The notes: generated from the letters alone by a model not told the origin. Shown: positions 9,663 through 18,925, counted from the first letter of the stretch. The stretch: 42,052 nt of DNA from Rickettsiales bacterium (GCA_038120575.1 JAYOLY010000003.1:4988-47039), one strand, 5' to 3'. Translations and numbers: made by a program.

Positions 9663-9821
9663 ATGACAGAGCTAAGCTTCATAGTTAAACGTAACGGAGA
9701 AAAACAGCTTTTTAATTCGGATCGTATTTTTAATTAAATAAAAAAAAATTTTATTTTATAATCAAATAATGATAACGATAAAGTATTATGTCTAACAAAA
9801 GAAGTAATCGAACTCATTGAT
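9663..9821 (+). pseudogene. nrdA: N-terminal ATP-cone segment of nrdA, interrupted by two in-frame TAA codons (9735-9737 and 9759-9761)
   Basis: It is in the same reading frame as ORF 9822..12395. It translates as MTELSFIVKRNGEKQLFNSDRIFN*IKKNFIL*SNNDNDKVLCLTKEVIELID and then continues into LFQNDRSNYITVEEVQDLVEQTLMNHGLHKIARNYILYR. This is colinear with an ATP-cone of about 85 aa (V-x-KR-x-G ... Y-I-L-Y-R). Confidence 0.7.
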
Positions 9822-12395
9822 TTGTTTCAAAATGACAGATCTAACTATATTACAGTTGAAGAAGTACAAGACTTAGTAGAACAAACATTAATGAATCATG
9901 GCTTACATAAAATAGCTAGAAATTACATTCTCTACAGAGATAAACAAAAAAGCGAACGAGAAGAGAAAACATTAACCAAAGTTAAAGAAAACCAACTTAA
10001 TATAAAAGTTAATGAATCTGAAACAATCATTTACAATCCTTCACAAATTGAAGAAAAACTTACATCGTTATCAGAAGATTTATCTAAAATTTCAGTCTCT
10101 GAATTAGTTGATAACATTACAAAACAAGTATATGACAACATTCCTTTAGAAGAAGTCAATCAAATTATATTAAATGCTACTCGTGAAAAAATTGAACAAC
10201 ATTATGAGTATAGTTCACTTGCTTCAAGAATAACATTGGATCAACTTTATAATTCAATATTAAAATCATCTTACACTAAAGATGATTTTGAAAAAAAATA
10301 TCAAGATGAATTTAAAAGCTATATAAAAACTGGGATAGAATTAGAACTCTTGAATGAAAAACTCAGTGAATTTGATCTAGACAAAATAATTTCTCATATT
10401 AATCCAAAACGAGATTTGCTATTTCATTATTTAGGTATTCAAATTCTAGTAGATCGATACTTTATTAAAAATAGAGAATTTCAAACAATAGAACTTCCTC
10501 AATGGTTTTGGTTGAGAGTGTCTATGGGTCTTGCTTTAAAAGAAAAAAACAAAGAAGAAAAAACGATTGAATTCTACAATGTTTTATCTAAAATGGACCT
10601 TGTATCATCAACCCCTACTCTATTTAATTCAGGTACACGCTTTAGCCAAATGAGTTCTTGTTACCTAAATCTAGCCGAAGATTCTTTAGAAGGAATTTTT
10701 AAATTATTTTCAGATAATGCAAAATTAAGTAAATGGGCAGGAGGAATTGGATCGGACTGGTCATACATTAGAGCAACAGGATCTAAAATTAAAGGAACAA
10801 ACGGATCATCACAAGGTGTTATTCCATTCATTAAAATATTTAATGATGTCGCTTTGGCTGTTAATCAAGGAGGTAAAAGAAAAGGTGCTATGTGTGCCTA
10901 CCTTGAACTATGGCATCTAGATATTGAACAATTTTTTGAACTAAGAAAAAACACAGGAGATGAACGTCGAAGAACACACGACATTAACACAGCGTGCTGG
11001 ATTCCTGACCTATTTATGAAGCGCCTAAATAATGACCAAGACTGGACACTATTTTGTCCTGCAGACACGCCAGATCTTCACGATTCTTATGGTAAAGAAT
11101 TTGAACAAAAATTCACAGCATATGAACAAAAAGAAGGAATCAGAAAAAAAACTATAAAAGCAAGTGAACTATGGAGAAAGCTCCTAACAATGCTCTACGA
11201 AACTGGGCACCCATGGGTAACATTTAAAGATCCATGCAATATTCGAAGCCCTCAAGATCATGTTGGTGTTGTACACTCATCTAATTTATGTACTGAAATA
11301 ACACTAAACACCTCAAAAGATGAGACAGCAGTCTGTAATTTAGCAAGTATTAATCTTGCAAACATGATCACAAATGGTTCTCTTGATGAAGAAAAAATTG
11401 AAACAACAATCGCCACTGGCATACGAATGTTGGATAACGTTATTGATAATAATTTTTACCCAACAATCGAATCTGAACGTGCAAACATGAGACACCGAGC
11501 AATAGGTCTTGGAATGATGGGATATCAAGATGCTTTGTACAAACTAAATTATACATTTGAATCTAATGAAAATTTAGAATTTGCTGATGAATCAATGGAA
11601 ATGATTTCATATTATGCAATTCTAGCCAGTTCAAAACTAGCTAAAGAAAGAGGATCGTATGAAAGTTTCAAAGGAAGTAAATGGGACAGAGGTATATTTC
11701 CAATTGATACAATTGATATTCTGGAAGAAGAAAGAGGTGACAGCATTGATATCGATAGAAAAAAACGCCTAAACTGGGATTTTGTTAAAAACCACGTTAA
11801 AGATCATGGTTTAAGAAATTCAAATTTAATGGCAATTGCCCCAACTGCAACCATTGCAAATATTAGTGGGACATTTCCATGCACTGAACCAGCATTCAAA
11901 AATATGTACATGAAAGAAAATTTATCAGGAAATTTTATTGTTATGAATCGATACCTTATCGATGATTTAGATAAATTAAATCTATGGAACAGCGACATGG
12001 TTAAAGCACTTAAATTACACAATGGTAGTGTTGAGAATATTGCTGAAATTCCTGAAAATATTAAAAACAAGTACAAAGAAACATTTGAGATTGATATGCA
12101 TTGGCTTCTAAAATCCGCTGCAAAAAGAATGAAATGGATAGACCAATCAGCATCAACAAATGTTTTTTTAAAAACACAAAGTGGAAAGATTTTAAGCAAT
12201 GTTTATCAATTAGCTTGGAAACTAGGTCTAAAAACAACGTATTATTTACGAACTTTAGCCGCAACTCAAGTCACCAAGACAATTGAAATTGAACAAAAAA
12301 ATAATGAACCACTTGCACCTACAAAACCTGCAACAATAGTTGATACAACATCTGTTTGCAGCATATTAGACCCAAGCTGCGAAGCTTGCCAATAA
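9822..12395 (+). CDS. nrdA: ribonucleoside-diphosphate reductase alpha subunit (class Ia), body of the gene
   Basis: Motifs LFNSGT, SSCYL, NLCTEI, active-site region AIAPTATIANISG, and a C-terminal Cys pair (SCEAC). The track start is a TTG with no SD; see the fragment at 9663..9821. Confidence 0.93.
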   Translation: MFQNDRSNYITVEEVQDLVEQTLMNHGLHKIARNYILYRDKQKSEREEKTLTKVKENQLNIKVNESETIIYNPSQIEEKLTSLSEDLSKISVSELVDNITKQVYDNIPLEEVNQIILNATREKIEQHYEYSSLASRITLDQLYNSILKSSYTKDDFEKKYQDEFKSYIKTGIELELLNEKLSEFDLDKIISHINPKRDLLFHYLGIQILVDRYFIKNREFQTIELPQWFWLRVSMGLALKEKNKEEKTIEFYNVLSKMDLVSSTPTLFNSGTRFSQMSSCYLNLAEDSLEGIFKLFSDNAKLSKWAGGIGSDWSYIRATGSKIKGTNGSSQGVIPFIKIFNDVALAVNQGGKRKGAMCAYLELWHLDIEQFFELRKNTGDERRRTHDINTACWIPDLFMKRLNNDQDWTLFCPADTPDLHDSYGKEFEQKFTAYEQKEGIRKKTIKASELWRKLLTMLYETGHPWVTFKDPCNIRSPQDHVGVVHSSNLCTEITLNTSKDETAVCNLASINLANMITNGSLDEEKIETTIATGIRMLDNVIDNNFYPTIESERANMRHRAIGLGMMGYQDALYKLNYTFESNENLEFADESMEMISYYAILASSKLAKERGSYESFKGSKWDRGIFPIDTIDILEEERGDSIDIDRKKRLNWDFVKNHVKDHGLRNSNLMAIAPTATIANISGTFPCTEPAFKNMYMKENLSGNFIVMNRYLIDDLDKLNLWNSDMVKALKLHNGSVENIAEIPENIKNKYKETFEIDMHWLLKSAAKRMKWIDQSASTNVFLKTQSGKILSNVYQLAWKLGLKTTYYLRTLAATQVTKTIEIEQKNNEPLAPTKPATIVDTTSVCSILDPSCEACQ

Positions 12396-12401
12396 AGGAG
12401 G
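12396..12401 (+). promoter_or_regulatory. Shine-Dalgarno (AGGAGG) for nrdB
   Basis: The sequence reads TAA AGGAGG AAAAAA ATG. The SD starts immediately after the nrdA stop, 6 nt before ATG 12408. Confidence 0.7.
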
Positions 12402-12407
12402 AAAAAA

Positions 12408-13463
12408 ATGGCTACTAATTCATTTGAAGGAGAATTTACAAATAAAAAACAAACTAATGCTGAATTAATTAATAAAAGACGAGTTATTAATGGTGAAGAT
12501 GATGGACTAATGCAAGTATCTCCATTAAAACACCCTTGGGCACGAGACATTTTCAAAAACATGCAACGCAATAACTGGGTTGCAGAAGAAGTCCCGTTTC
12601 AAAAAGACAAAGAACAATGGGAAAACGGAGACTTAACAGAGCAAGAAAAGAAAACATTTTTACGAGCACTTGCCTTTGCATCAAACCTTGATGGACTTCT
12701 AGTTAATTCATTAAGTGAAATTATTAAACCTCACATTACAAGTCCAGAAGTGTCACTTGCAATTGCTCGCCAAATTTATGAAGAATGTCTACATGTTGAT
12801 AGCTACTCAGTTATGATAGAAGCCGTTGGTCTAGAACCAGAAGAGGTCTATGGTTTATATAGACGAGATAAACATCTTTTCTACAAAAACAAAAAAGTTT
12901 GGGAAAATATGTTCAAAATTAAAATTGATGGGTTTAATACTAAATCTGACGAAAATGCAAAATTATTTTTGGAGTCGTGTACAACAAACCTAATTTTTGA
13001 AGGAATTTTCTTTTTTAGTGCATTTTTAGTTTTCTTTAACTTTGGTAGACACAATAAAATGCCAGGATCAAAAGAAATGATTCAATTTATAAATAGAGAT
13101 GAAGACTTACATGTAAAACTATTTGTAAATATTATCAATGAGATTAAAAAAGAAAATCCACATTTATGGACTCAAGAAGTACAGGATACTATGGCTAAAA
13201 ATATAATCGATGCTGTAGAAATGGAAATCGAGTGGGGAATTTCATGTATAGGTGAAGGCATTCTGGGTTTAACGCCTCAAACTATAACAGAATACATTCA
13301 ATTTATTGGAGATATCAGACTACAGCAAATTGGATTACCAAAACATTTTAATTCAACAAACCCATATCCATGGCTAGATGAATTTACGCAAGGATCCATG
13401 ATAGAAGTAAACTTTTTTGAAGGAACTGTTAGAGAATATCAGACAGGCACCCTTGAATGGTAA
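12408..13463 (+). CDS. nrdB: ribonucleoside-diphosphate reductase beta subunit (class Ia, tyrosyl radical type)
   Basis: Di-iron ligand pattern: D in NLDGLL, EECLHVDSY (E-x-x-H-x-x-x-Y, radical Tyr present), FEGIFFF and DEDLH. Confidence 0.95.
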   Translation: MATNSFEGEFTNKKQTNAELINKRRVINGEDDGLMQVSPLKHPWARDIFKNMQRNNWVAEEVPFQKDKEQWENGDLTEQEKKTFLRALAFASNLDGLLVNSLSEIIKPHITSPEVSLAIARQIYEECLHVDSYSVMIEAVGLEPEEVYGLYRRDKHLFYKNKKVWENMFKIKIDGFNTKSDENAKLFLESCTTNLIFEGIFFFSAFLVFFNFGRHNKMPGSKEMIQFINRDEDLHVKLFVNIINEIKKENPHLWTQEVQDTMAKNIIDAVEMEIEWGISCIGEGILGLTPQTITEYIQFIGDIRLQQIGLPKHFNSTNPYPWLDEFTQGSMIEVNFFEGTVREYQTGTLEW

Positions 13464-13475
13464 ATACGTCTACAA

Positions 13476-13501
13476 CCCTCCACAGAACTAACTGTGGAGG
13501 G
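13476..13501. terminator. GC-rich hairpin between convergent nrdB and folB (likely bidirectional intrinsic terminator)
   Basis: A perfect 10-bp stem (CCCTCCACAG / CTGTGGAGGG) with a 6-nt loop (aactaa), in an otherwise AT-rich 48-nt spacer. Confidence 0.75.
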
Positions 13502-13511
13502 AATACAAACT

Positions 13512-13910
13512 TTATTCCCAACTTAACTCATGTGATTGCGTAACTTTAGAAACAGATTCTCGTTTTCTTTGAATCTTAATACCAACACGTTTAGCATCAG
13601 ATAATGCATCAGGCTTATATAAAAATAAAGATAACGAAGTAATTGAAGATACAGAAAAAATATAATCAACTAATCGTTGTGCCAATGTTTCAATTAATTC
13701 AAATCTACTTTGCTGTATAAACTTAACTATCAATTTAGACAATCTATCATAATCAACAGTTTGATTTATATCGTCACTATCAACTGCATTAGCTATATTA
13801 CACTGATATGCCAACGATATAATAATAGGTTGTTTCACTATTCGCTCATCTGGATTACACCCGATAATAGCCATTGTTTTAAGTTCATCTATAAACATTT
13901 CAGCTAACAT
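13512..13910 (-). CDS. folB: dihydroneopterin aldolase
   Basis: FolB-like pattern: IDELKTMAIIGCNPDERIVKQPIIISL...DDINQTVDYDRLSKLI. It has a C-terminal extension of about 20 aa. Confidence 0.82.
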   Translation of the reverse strand: MLAEMFIDELKTMAIIGCNPDERIVKQPIIISLAYQCNIANAVDSDDINQTVDYDRLSKLIVKFIQQSRFELIETLAQRLVDYIFSVSSITSLSLFLYKPDALSDAKRVGIKIQRKRESVSKVTQSHELSWE

Positions 13911-13990
13911 ACTGGCTCCTTTAATAGTTCACAAAAACTCCAATAAAATAGTAAAATACCGAAACAAACAAAATTGATCAAGGTGTATAT

Positions 13991-14398
13991 ATGACAAAAA
14001 AAACAATATATTTAACAAGAAGATTACGCTTTTCAGCAGCTCATAAATTATACGATGAAACAAAATCTTTTGAAGAAAATAAAACAGTATTCGGAAATTG
14101 TTCTAACTTACATGGTCATAATTTTGAATTATTTATCACATTAAAAGGAATCCCTGACAAAAACACAGGCATGATTATAAATGCACGAGACATTAAACAT
14201 ATTGCGCATAAATATGTAATTGATGAATTTGATCATACAACTTTAAATGACATAAAAGAGTTTAAAAAAATACTCCCCACAACAGAAAATATTTGTATTG
14301 TTATTTGGAATAGACTAGAACCAATCTTCAAAGAAAAACTACATGAAATTAAAGTAAAAGAAACAGAAAATATTGAATGTTTTTATAGAGGCATATAA
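13991..14398 (+). CDS. queD: 6-carboxy-5,6,7,8-tetrahydropterin synthase / 6-pyruvoyl-tetrahydropterin synthase family
   Basis: FSAAHKL at the N-terminus, the CSNLHGHNF (C-x3-HGH) motif, and a 135 aa length. Confidence 0.85.
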   Translation: MTKKTIYLTRRLRFSAAHKLYDETKSFEENKTVFGNCSNLHGHNFELFITLKGIPDKNTGMIINARDIKHIAHKYVIDEFDHTTLNDIKEFKKILPTTENICIVIWNRLEPIFKEKLHEIKVKETENIECFYRGI

Positions 14399-14399
14399 T

Positions 14400-14957
14400 T
14401 TATTGCTTAATTAAGCTTAAAAATTCTGCTCTTGTTGAAGCATTTGATCTAAAAACACCTAACATTGACGATGTTACCATTGAAGAATTTTGTTTTTGAA
14501 CACCTCTCATCATCATACATAAATGGTGAGCTTCAATAACAACAGCGACACCTAATGCATCAGTTGCCTTTTGAATTGCACCTGATATTTGCTTCGTCAA
14601 GTTTTCTTGAACTTGTAATCTACGAGAATATAAATCAACAATTCTAGCCAACTTAGACAAACCAATAATTTTTCCATTTGGTAAATATGCAATATGACAT
14701 TTGCCAAAAAATGGAACTAAATGATGTTCACACAACGAATATAATTCGATATTTTTAACTAAAACCATACCATCATCATCAGAAGAAAAAATAGCTCCAT
14801 TTAAAATATCATCCAAAGATTCATTGTACCCCTTAGTCAGATAAGAAAAAGAATTCGCGGCACGTTCTGGAGTTTTTAATAGTCCTTCTCTGGAAATATC
14901 CTCTCCAATGCTTGATATAATATTACGATAATAACTATCTAAATCGCTTTCAGTCAT
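14400..14957 (-). CDS. folE: GTP cyclohydrolase I
   Basis: Motifs [30 protein letters not shown] and HLCMMMRGV. Confidence 0.95.
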   Translation of the reverse strand: MTESDLDSYYRNIISSIGEDISREGLLKTPERAANSFSYLTKGYNESLDDILNGAIFSSDDDGMVLVKNIELYSLCEHHLVPFFGKCHIAYLPNGKIIGLSKLARIVDLYSRRLQVQENLTKQISGAIQKATDALGVAVVIEAHHLCMMMRGVQKQNSSMVTSSMLGVFRSNASTRAEFLSLIKQ

Positions 14958-14959
14958 AA

Positions 14960-15415
14960 TTAATCTATACTTGCCAAGACATCTTCAACATGACCTGGTA
15001 CTTTAACTTTAGGCCACACTTTTGTTACAATCCCATTTTCATCAATCAATATTGTAGATCGCTGAATACCCATATATTTTTTTCCATACATAGATTTTTC
15101 TTGCCAAGCTCCATAATGTTGAATCATTTCACAAGAAGGATCAGACAATAACATATGCTCTAAATTATATTTTGAACAAAATTTTTGATGAGCAGAAACA
15201 GAGTCTTTAGAAACTCCAACAATAGCTGTATTTTTAGATTCAAATTCTTTCAAAAACTCAGTAAACCCAAGTGCTTCTTTTGTACACCCAGGAGTGTCAT
15301 CTTTTGGATAAAAATATACAACAATCTTACGCCCTTTAAAATGATCTAATGATATTAATTCATCATTTTGATTTTTTAGTTCAAAAAAAGGGGCTTTTTC
15401 ACCTGAGTTTAACAT
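14960..15415 (-). CDS. bcp: thiol peroxidase, BCP/PrxQ-type peroxiredoxin
   Basis: [14 protein letters not shown] peroxidatic Cys motif. It lies 2 nt upstream of folE on the same strand. Confidence 0.92.
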   Translation of the reverse strand: MLNSGEKAPFFELKNQNDELISLDHFKGRKIVVYFYPKDDTPGCTKEALGFTEFLKEFESKNTAIVGVSKDSVSAHQKFCSKYNLEHMLLSDPSCEMIQHYGAWQEKSMYGKKYMGIQRSTILIDENGIVTKVWPKVKVPGHVEDVLASID

Positions 15416-15806
15416 TTTTTTTCTCCATTACAACAGCTTCCAGCATAATAATTAAAAAAATAAATATTGTGAAGAGATAAAATATTTTATTTTCAAATAA
15501 TGATAAAATATGGATATGAAATACAAAAAAATAATCGCAACTCAAATAGACAATATCAACTTTAAAGATCTAAACAGCACAAAAAAAAGTGTTTAAGCGT
15601 CGACGTCCCAACACGAATAAAAACAAATACCATAGTTAATGCAGACAAAACCATCACATTTGTACTCCCAAAAAAATATTTTTAAAAAACCATCAACACT
15701 GTGGTACTATCTTCCTAGCCGATATAGGTATTCAATCATTAACATTAGCAAAAAAAACAAAACAAAATCTTTATAAAGAAAATACCTTCTATCAATTGGA
15801 GTACAA

Positions 15807-16526
15807 ATGAGAAAAAAACAAATTAGATTAGGTGTCAATATTGATCATGTTGCAACATTAAGACAACAGCGTAAAGAAAACGACCCTAACGTTCTAGTTG
15901 CCGCTCAAACTGCACTAAAAGCAGGAGCAGACATTATTACCGTACATTTAAGAGAAGACCGTAGACACATTCAAGATAAAGATGTTTACGACCTTAGCAA
16001 TGCTAAAATACCACTAAACTTTGAGTGTGCAGCCACAGAAGAAATGTTAAAAATATGTCTAGAAATAAACCCAAAAAGCTGTTGTATTGTTCCTGAAAAA
16101 AGAGAAGAGCTAACAACTGAGGGTGGTTTAAATTTATCAAGAAATAAAAAATTTTTAGAATATTTTATAAAAAAGTTGAAATCGAAAAAAATTAATGTAT
16201 CATTATTCATAGAACCAACTGAAAAATCTTTTTATGAAGCAATACATTTAAACGCAACAAGCGTTGAATTACATACAGGACAGTATGCTTTATCAAAAAA
16301 TTCAGTTGAAGAACTTAATAAAATAAAACATATTGCAACCTTGTCCAGAGATCATAATATAGCGTTGCATGCTGGTCATGGTTTAAATTTTAATAACATC
16401 GGGAATATTATTAAAATTGAAGAAGTTAAAGAAGTAAATATTGGACACAGCTTAATTGCTGATGCAATTTTTAATGGATTAGAAAAAACTATAAAAAAAA
16501 TGATAAATATATTAAGGAGACCCTGA
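15807..16526 (+). CDS. pdxJ: pyridoxine 5'-phosphate synthase
   Basis: Motifs LGVNIDHVATLRQQR and ITVHLREDRRHIQDKDV, with a length of 239 aa. Confidence 0.95.
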   Translation: MRKKQIRLGVNIDHVATLRQQRKENDPNVLVAAQTALKAGADIITVHLREDRRHIQDKDVYDLSNAKIPLNFECAATEEMLKICLEINPKSCCIVPEKREELTTEGGLNLSRNKKFLEYFIKKLKSKKINVSLFIEPTEKSFYEAIHLNATSVELHTGQYALSKNSVEELNKIKHIATLSRDHNIALHAGHGLNFNNIGNIIKIEEVKEVNIGHSLIADAIFNGLEKTIKKMINILRRP

Positions 16527-16811
16527 ATGGACATCAATCCAATTAACAATAACAATAAATCTCCAATTCAACCAAATAATCCTATTGCAGAATCTGCTTC
16601 AATTGTATTTAATGTGGATAATAAAAAAGTTAAAATACAGCGATCAAAAATCAAAAAAATAACATCAGGTCTTGCTGAAATAGCATGTTCACTTGGAGAA
16701 ACTAATGATCCTGAAGAATTTGCAGAAGCTTTAACTGATGATATCTATGAATCAATGGAAGAAGCTAAAAGAAAAATTGAAGAGAATAAAAAGAAAAAGA
16801 AGTCATTTTAA
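16527..16811 (+). CDS. hypothetical small protein (94 aa, acidic core, lysine tail)
   Basis: The ATG abuts the pdxJ TGA. No family recognised. Its stop overlaps the mfd stop in a shared TTAA. Confidence 0.45.
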   Translation: MDINPINNNNKSPIQPNNPIAESASIVFNVDNKKVKIQRSKIKKITSGLAEIACSLGETNDPEEFAEALTDDIYESMEEAKRKIEENKKKKKSF

Positions 16812-18925
16812 GAATTACTTACAATTTCATTCATTACATAATCAAATACATCATTTACTACGGCATTAAATCGCCCGTAGCGATCTTGTAATTCAGTTTT
16901 TAAGCGATCTAAATCATCTACCGACTGACACATCATAAAACGACGATATATAGCAATTCTTTCACGTTGATTAGAAATAAAATCTGAAGGCAATCTAATT
17001 TTATCCGTACGTAACGGCATCCAGTAAGCAGATTTATTGCGTTTTCTTTTTTTTCTATACATTGATTCCTCAAGTAATTTACAATAATAAGAAAACCCTA
17101 CTTTCAAGACATGTCCAAATTGTTGTTGCCCCAAAATATTTCCAGCACCACGAATTTCCAAATCTCTTAAAGCTAAATGATAACCCGACCCTAAACTGAC
17201 ATATTCCTTAATAGCTTGTAGTCGCTGAGTTGCTTTATCAGACAATGTCTTCTGATCAGAATAAAATAAGTAAGCATAACTCTGAATATCACTTCGACCT
17301 ACTCTACCCCTTAATTGATGAATTTGTGACAAACCAAATCGCTCAGACGAATCAATAATAATTGTATTGGCGTTTTTAATATCAATACCATTTTCAATAA
17401 TTGTAGTTGAAACAAGAATATCAAATTCATAATTAATAAAACTTGTCATAATAGATTTAATTTTTTTTTCGTCCATCTGAGCATGAAGCATTTGAAAACG
17501 CAAAGATGGAAATAACGTTTTTAATTCAGATACTTTTTTTGAAATTGTATCAACAGAATTATGAATAAAAAACAATTGCCCTTTACGACTCATTTCGGTT
17601 TCAACAGCCTTAATCAGCAAGTCCTGGTTATATTTAGAAACGGTTGTAGAAACCGGTTTACGAAATTTTGGAGGTGTTTCAATAACTGAAATATCTTTTG
17701 AACCTGTCATAGACATATAAGTAGTTCTTGGAATTGGTGTTGCGGTAACACTTAACACATCAACATTTTCTCTTAATTCTTTCAATCGTTCTTTATGTTT
17801 TACTCCAAACCGTTGCTCTTCATCTATAATTAACAAACCTAAATCTTTAAATACAACATCTTTAGACAACAAACGATGCGTACCAATTACAATATCAGTT
17901 TGCTGTCTTTTTAAAGATTGAACAATCTTATTTTGGTCGCCTTTTGAAACAAATCTAGACATCATTGAAATAACATATGGAAAATCATTAAACCGAGATA
18001 AAAACAATTTATAATGCTGATCTGCAAGCAATGTTGTTGGCACTAAAATAACAACCTGCTTATAATTATCAACCGCCTTAAACGCTGCTCTGAGCATTAT
18101 TTCTGTTTTACCAAAACCTACATCTCCACACAGCAGTCTATCCATCGGAGATATAGACTCCATATCAGATTTTATTTCAACTAAAGCCTTTTTTTGATCT
18201 GGAGTTAGCTCATGTTCAAATAAAGATTCCATCTCAAGTTGCATTGCTGAATCTTCAGAAAAAGAAAAACCAGACAAGGTTTGTCGACGTTTATATCTAT
18301 CAAATAATTCCTCAGCAATTTCTAAAGTATCTCTTTCTGCCTTAGATTTTGTTTGTAACCATTTTTTACTTGTTAAAGAATCTAATTTAGGAGGAGAGTC
18401 GTATGATTCAAATTTATGAATCAAATTTAATTGGTCTAAAGGAACATAAACGTAAGACTTATCTTTGTATTCTAAAGAAATATACTCCCCTTCTACAGAA
18501 GAAAAAGATTGATAACTCAGCCCCTTAAATAATCCTATTCCGTAATGTTCATGAACAACATAATCATCAACAAAAAATTGAGAAAGTAAAAACTCATCCC
18601 GCCTAACATGTTTACGATCATGAAAAAAATTTAAATCTTTATTAAAAAAAACAATATCAACTTGATCTACAGGCTTAAAACTTTTTTGATCATTCACAGA
18701 AAAAAGAGTTAATCGCTCCAATTCATCAAAATCATATTCGATTCTTACAGGATACTGAAAATTAGAAGAAAAAATATCAACTATACTTCCTTTTACAGAA
18801 AACTCTCCTGGCTCAAACACCATTTCAACTCTAGAAAAATTTAAGTCGACTAAATTTTCTAATAATGATTTGAAAGTTGGAAAATTATGTTTATCAAGTT
18901 TTAATTCTAATTTTTTTTTGTTCAT
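16808..18925 (-). CDS. mfd: transcription-repair coupling factor, unusually short (705 aa)
   Basis: CarD/RID-like segment (DDYVVHEHYGIGLFKGL ... YVYVPLDQLNLIHKF). SF2 translocase motifs are CGDVGFGKTE, IIDEEQRFGV, TATPIPRT and QLRGRVGRS. The GAGNILGxxQFG TRG region is present. Confidence 0.9.
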   Translation of the reverse strand: MNKKKLELKLDKHNFPTFKSLLENLVDLNFSRVEMVFEPGEFSVKGSIVDIFSSNFQYPVRIEYDFDELERLTLFSVNDQKSFKPVDQVDIVFFNKDLNFFHDRKHVRRDEFLLSQFFVDDYVVHEHYGIGLFKGLSYQSFSSVEGEYISLEYKDKSYVYVPLDQLNLIHKFESYDSPPKLDSLTSKKWLQTKSKAERDTLEIAEELFDRYKRRQTLSGFSFSEDSAMQLEMESLFEHELTPDQKKALVEIKSDMESISPMDRLLCGDVGFGKTEIMLRAAFKAVDNYKQVVILVPTTLLADQHYKLFLSRFNDFPYVISMMSRFVSKGDQNKIVQSLKRQQTDIVIGTHRLLSKDVVFKDLGLLIIDEEQRFGVKHKERLKELRENVDVLSVTATPIPRTTYMSMTGSKDISVIETPPKFRKPVSTTVSKYNQDLLIKAVETEMSRKGQLFFIHNSVDTISKKVSELKTLFPSLRFQMLHAQMDEKKIKSIMTSFINYEFDILVSTTIIENGIDIKNANTIIIDSSERFGLSQIHQLRGRVGRSDIQSYAYLFYSDQKTLSDKATQRLQAIKEYVSLGSGYHLALRDLEIRGAGNILGQQQFGHVLKVGFSYYCKLLEESMYRKKRKRNKSAYWMPLRTDKIRLPSDFISNQRERIAIYRRFMMCQSVDDLDRLKTELQDRYGRFNAVVNDVFDYVMNEIVSNS

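Noticed and set aside
9735-9761. Stop-codon reassignment (TAA read as sense) as the explanation for the in-frame stops in nrdA.
   Set aside because: TAA is the most common terminator of the well-supported genes in this window (purD, fabD, nrdA, nrdB, leuB and others). A genome-wide reassignment is therefore not tenable.
13911-13990. A preQ1 riboswitch upstream of queD.
   Set aside because: I could not fold a P1 stem with the conserved loop and A-rich tail arrangement. Only an ACAAAAACTCC-like stretch is present, which is not sufficient.
15510-15596. The 28-codon ORF MDMKYKKIIATQIDNINFKDLNSTKKSV as a real gene, or as the remnant of recO or pdxA next to pdxJ.
   Set aside because: It has no SD and no convincing similarity to the N-termini of those families. 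It is kept only as part of the long-spacer observation.
18910-18918. An A9/T9 homopolymer just after the mfd start codon, inside the comF 3' end, as a phase-variation switch.
   Set aside because: Homopolymers of 8-10 nt are frequent throughout this AT-rich window, including inside many housekeeping genes. This tract is therefore not distinctive evidence for phase variation.
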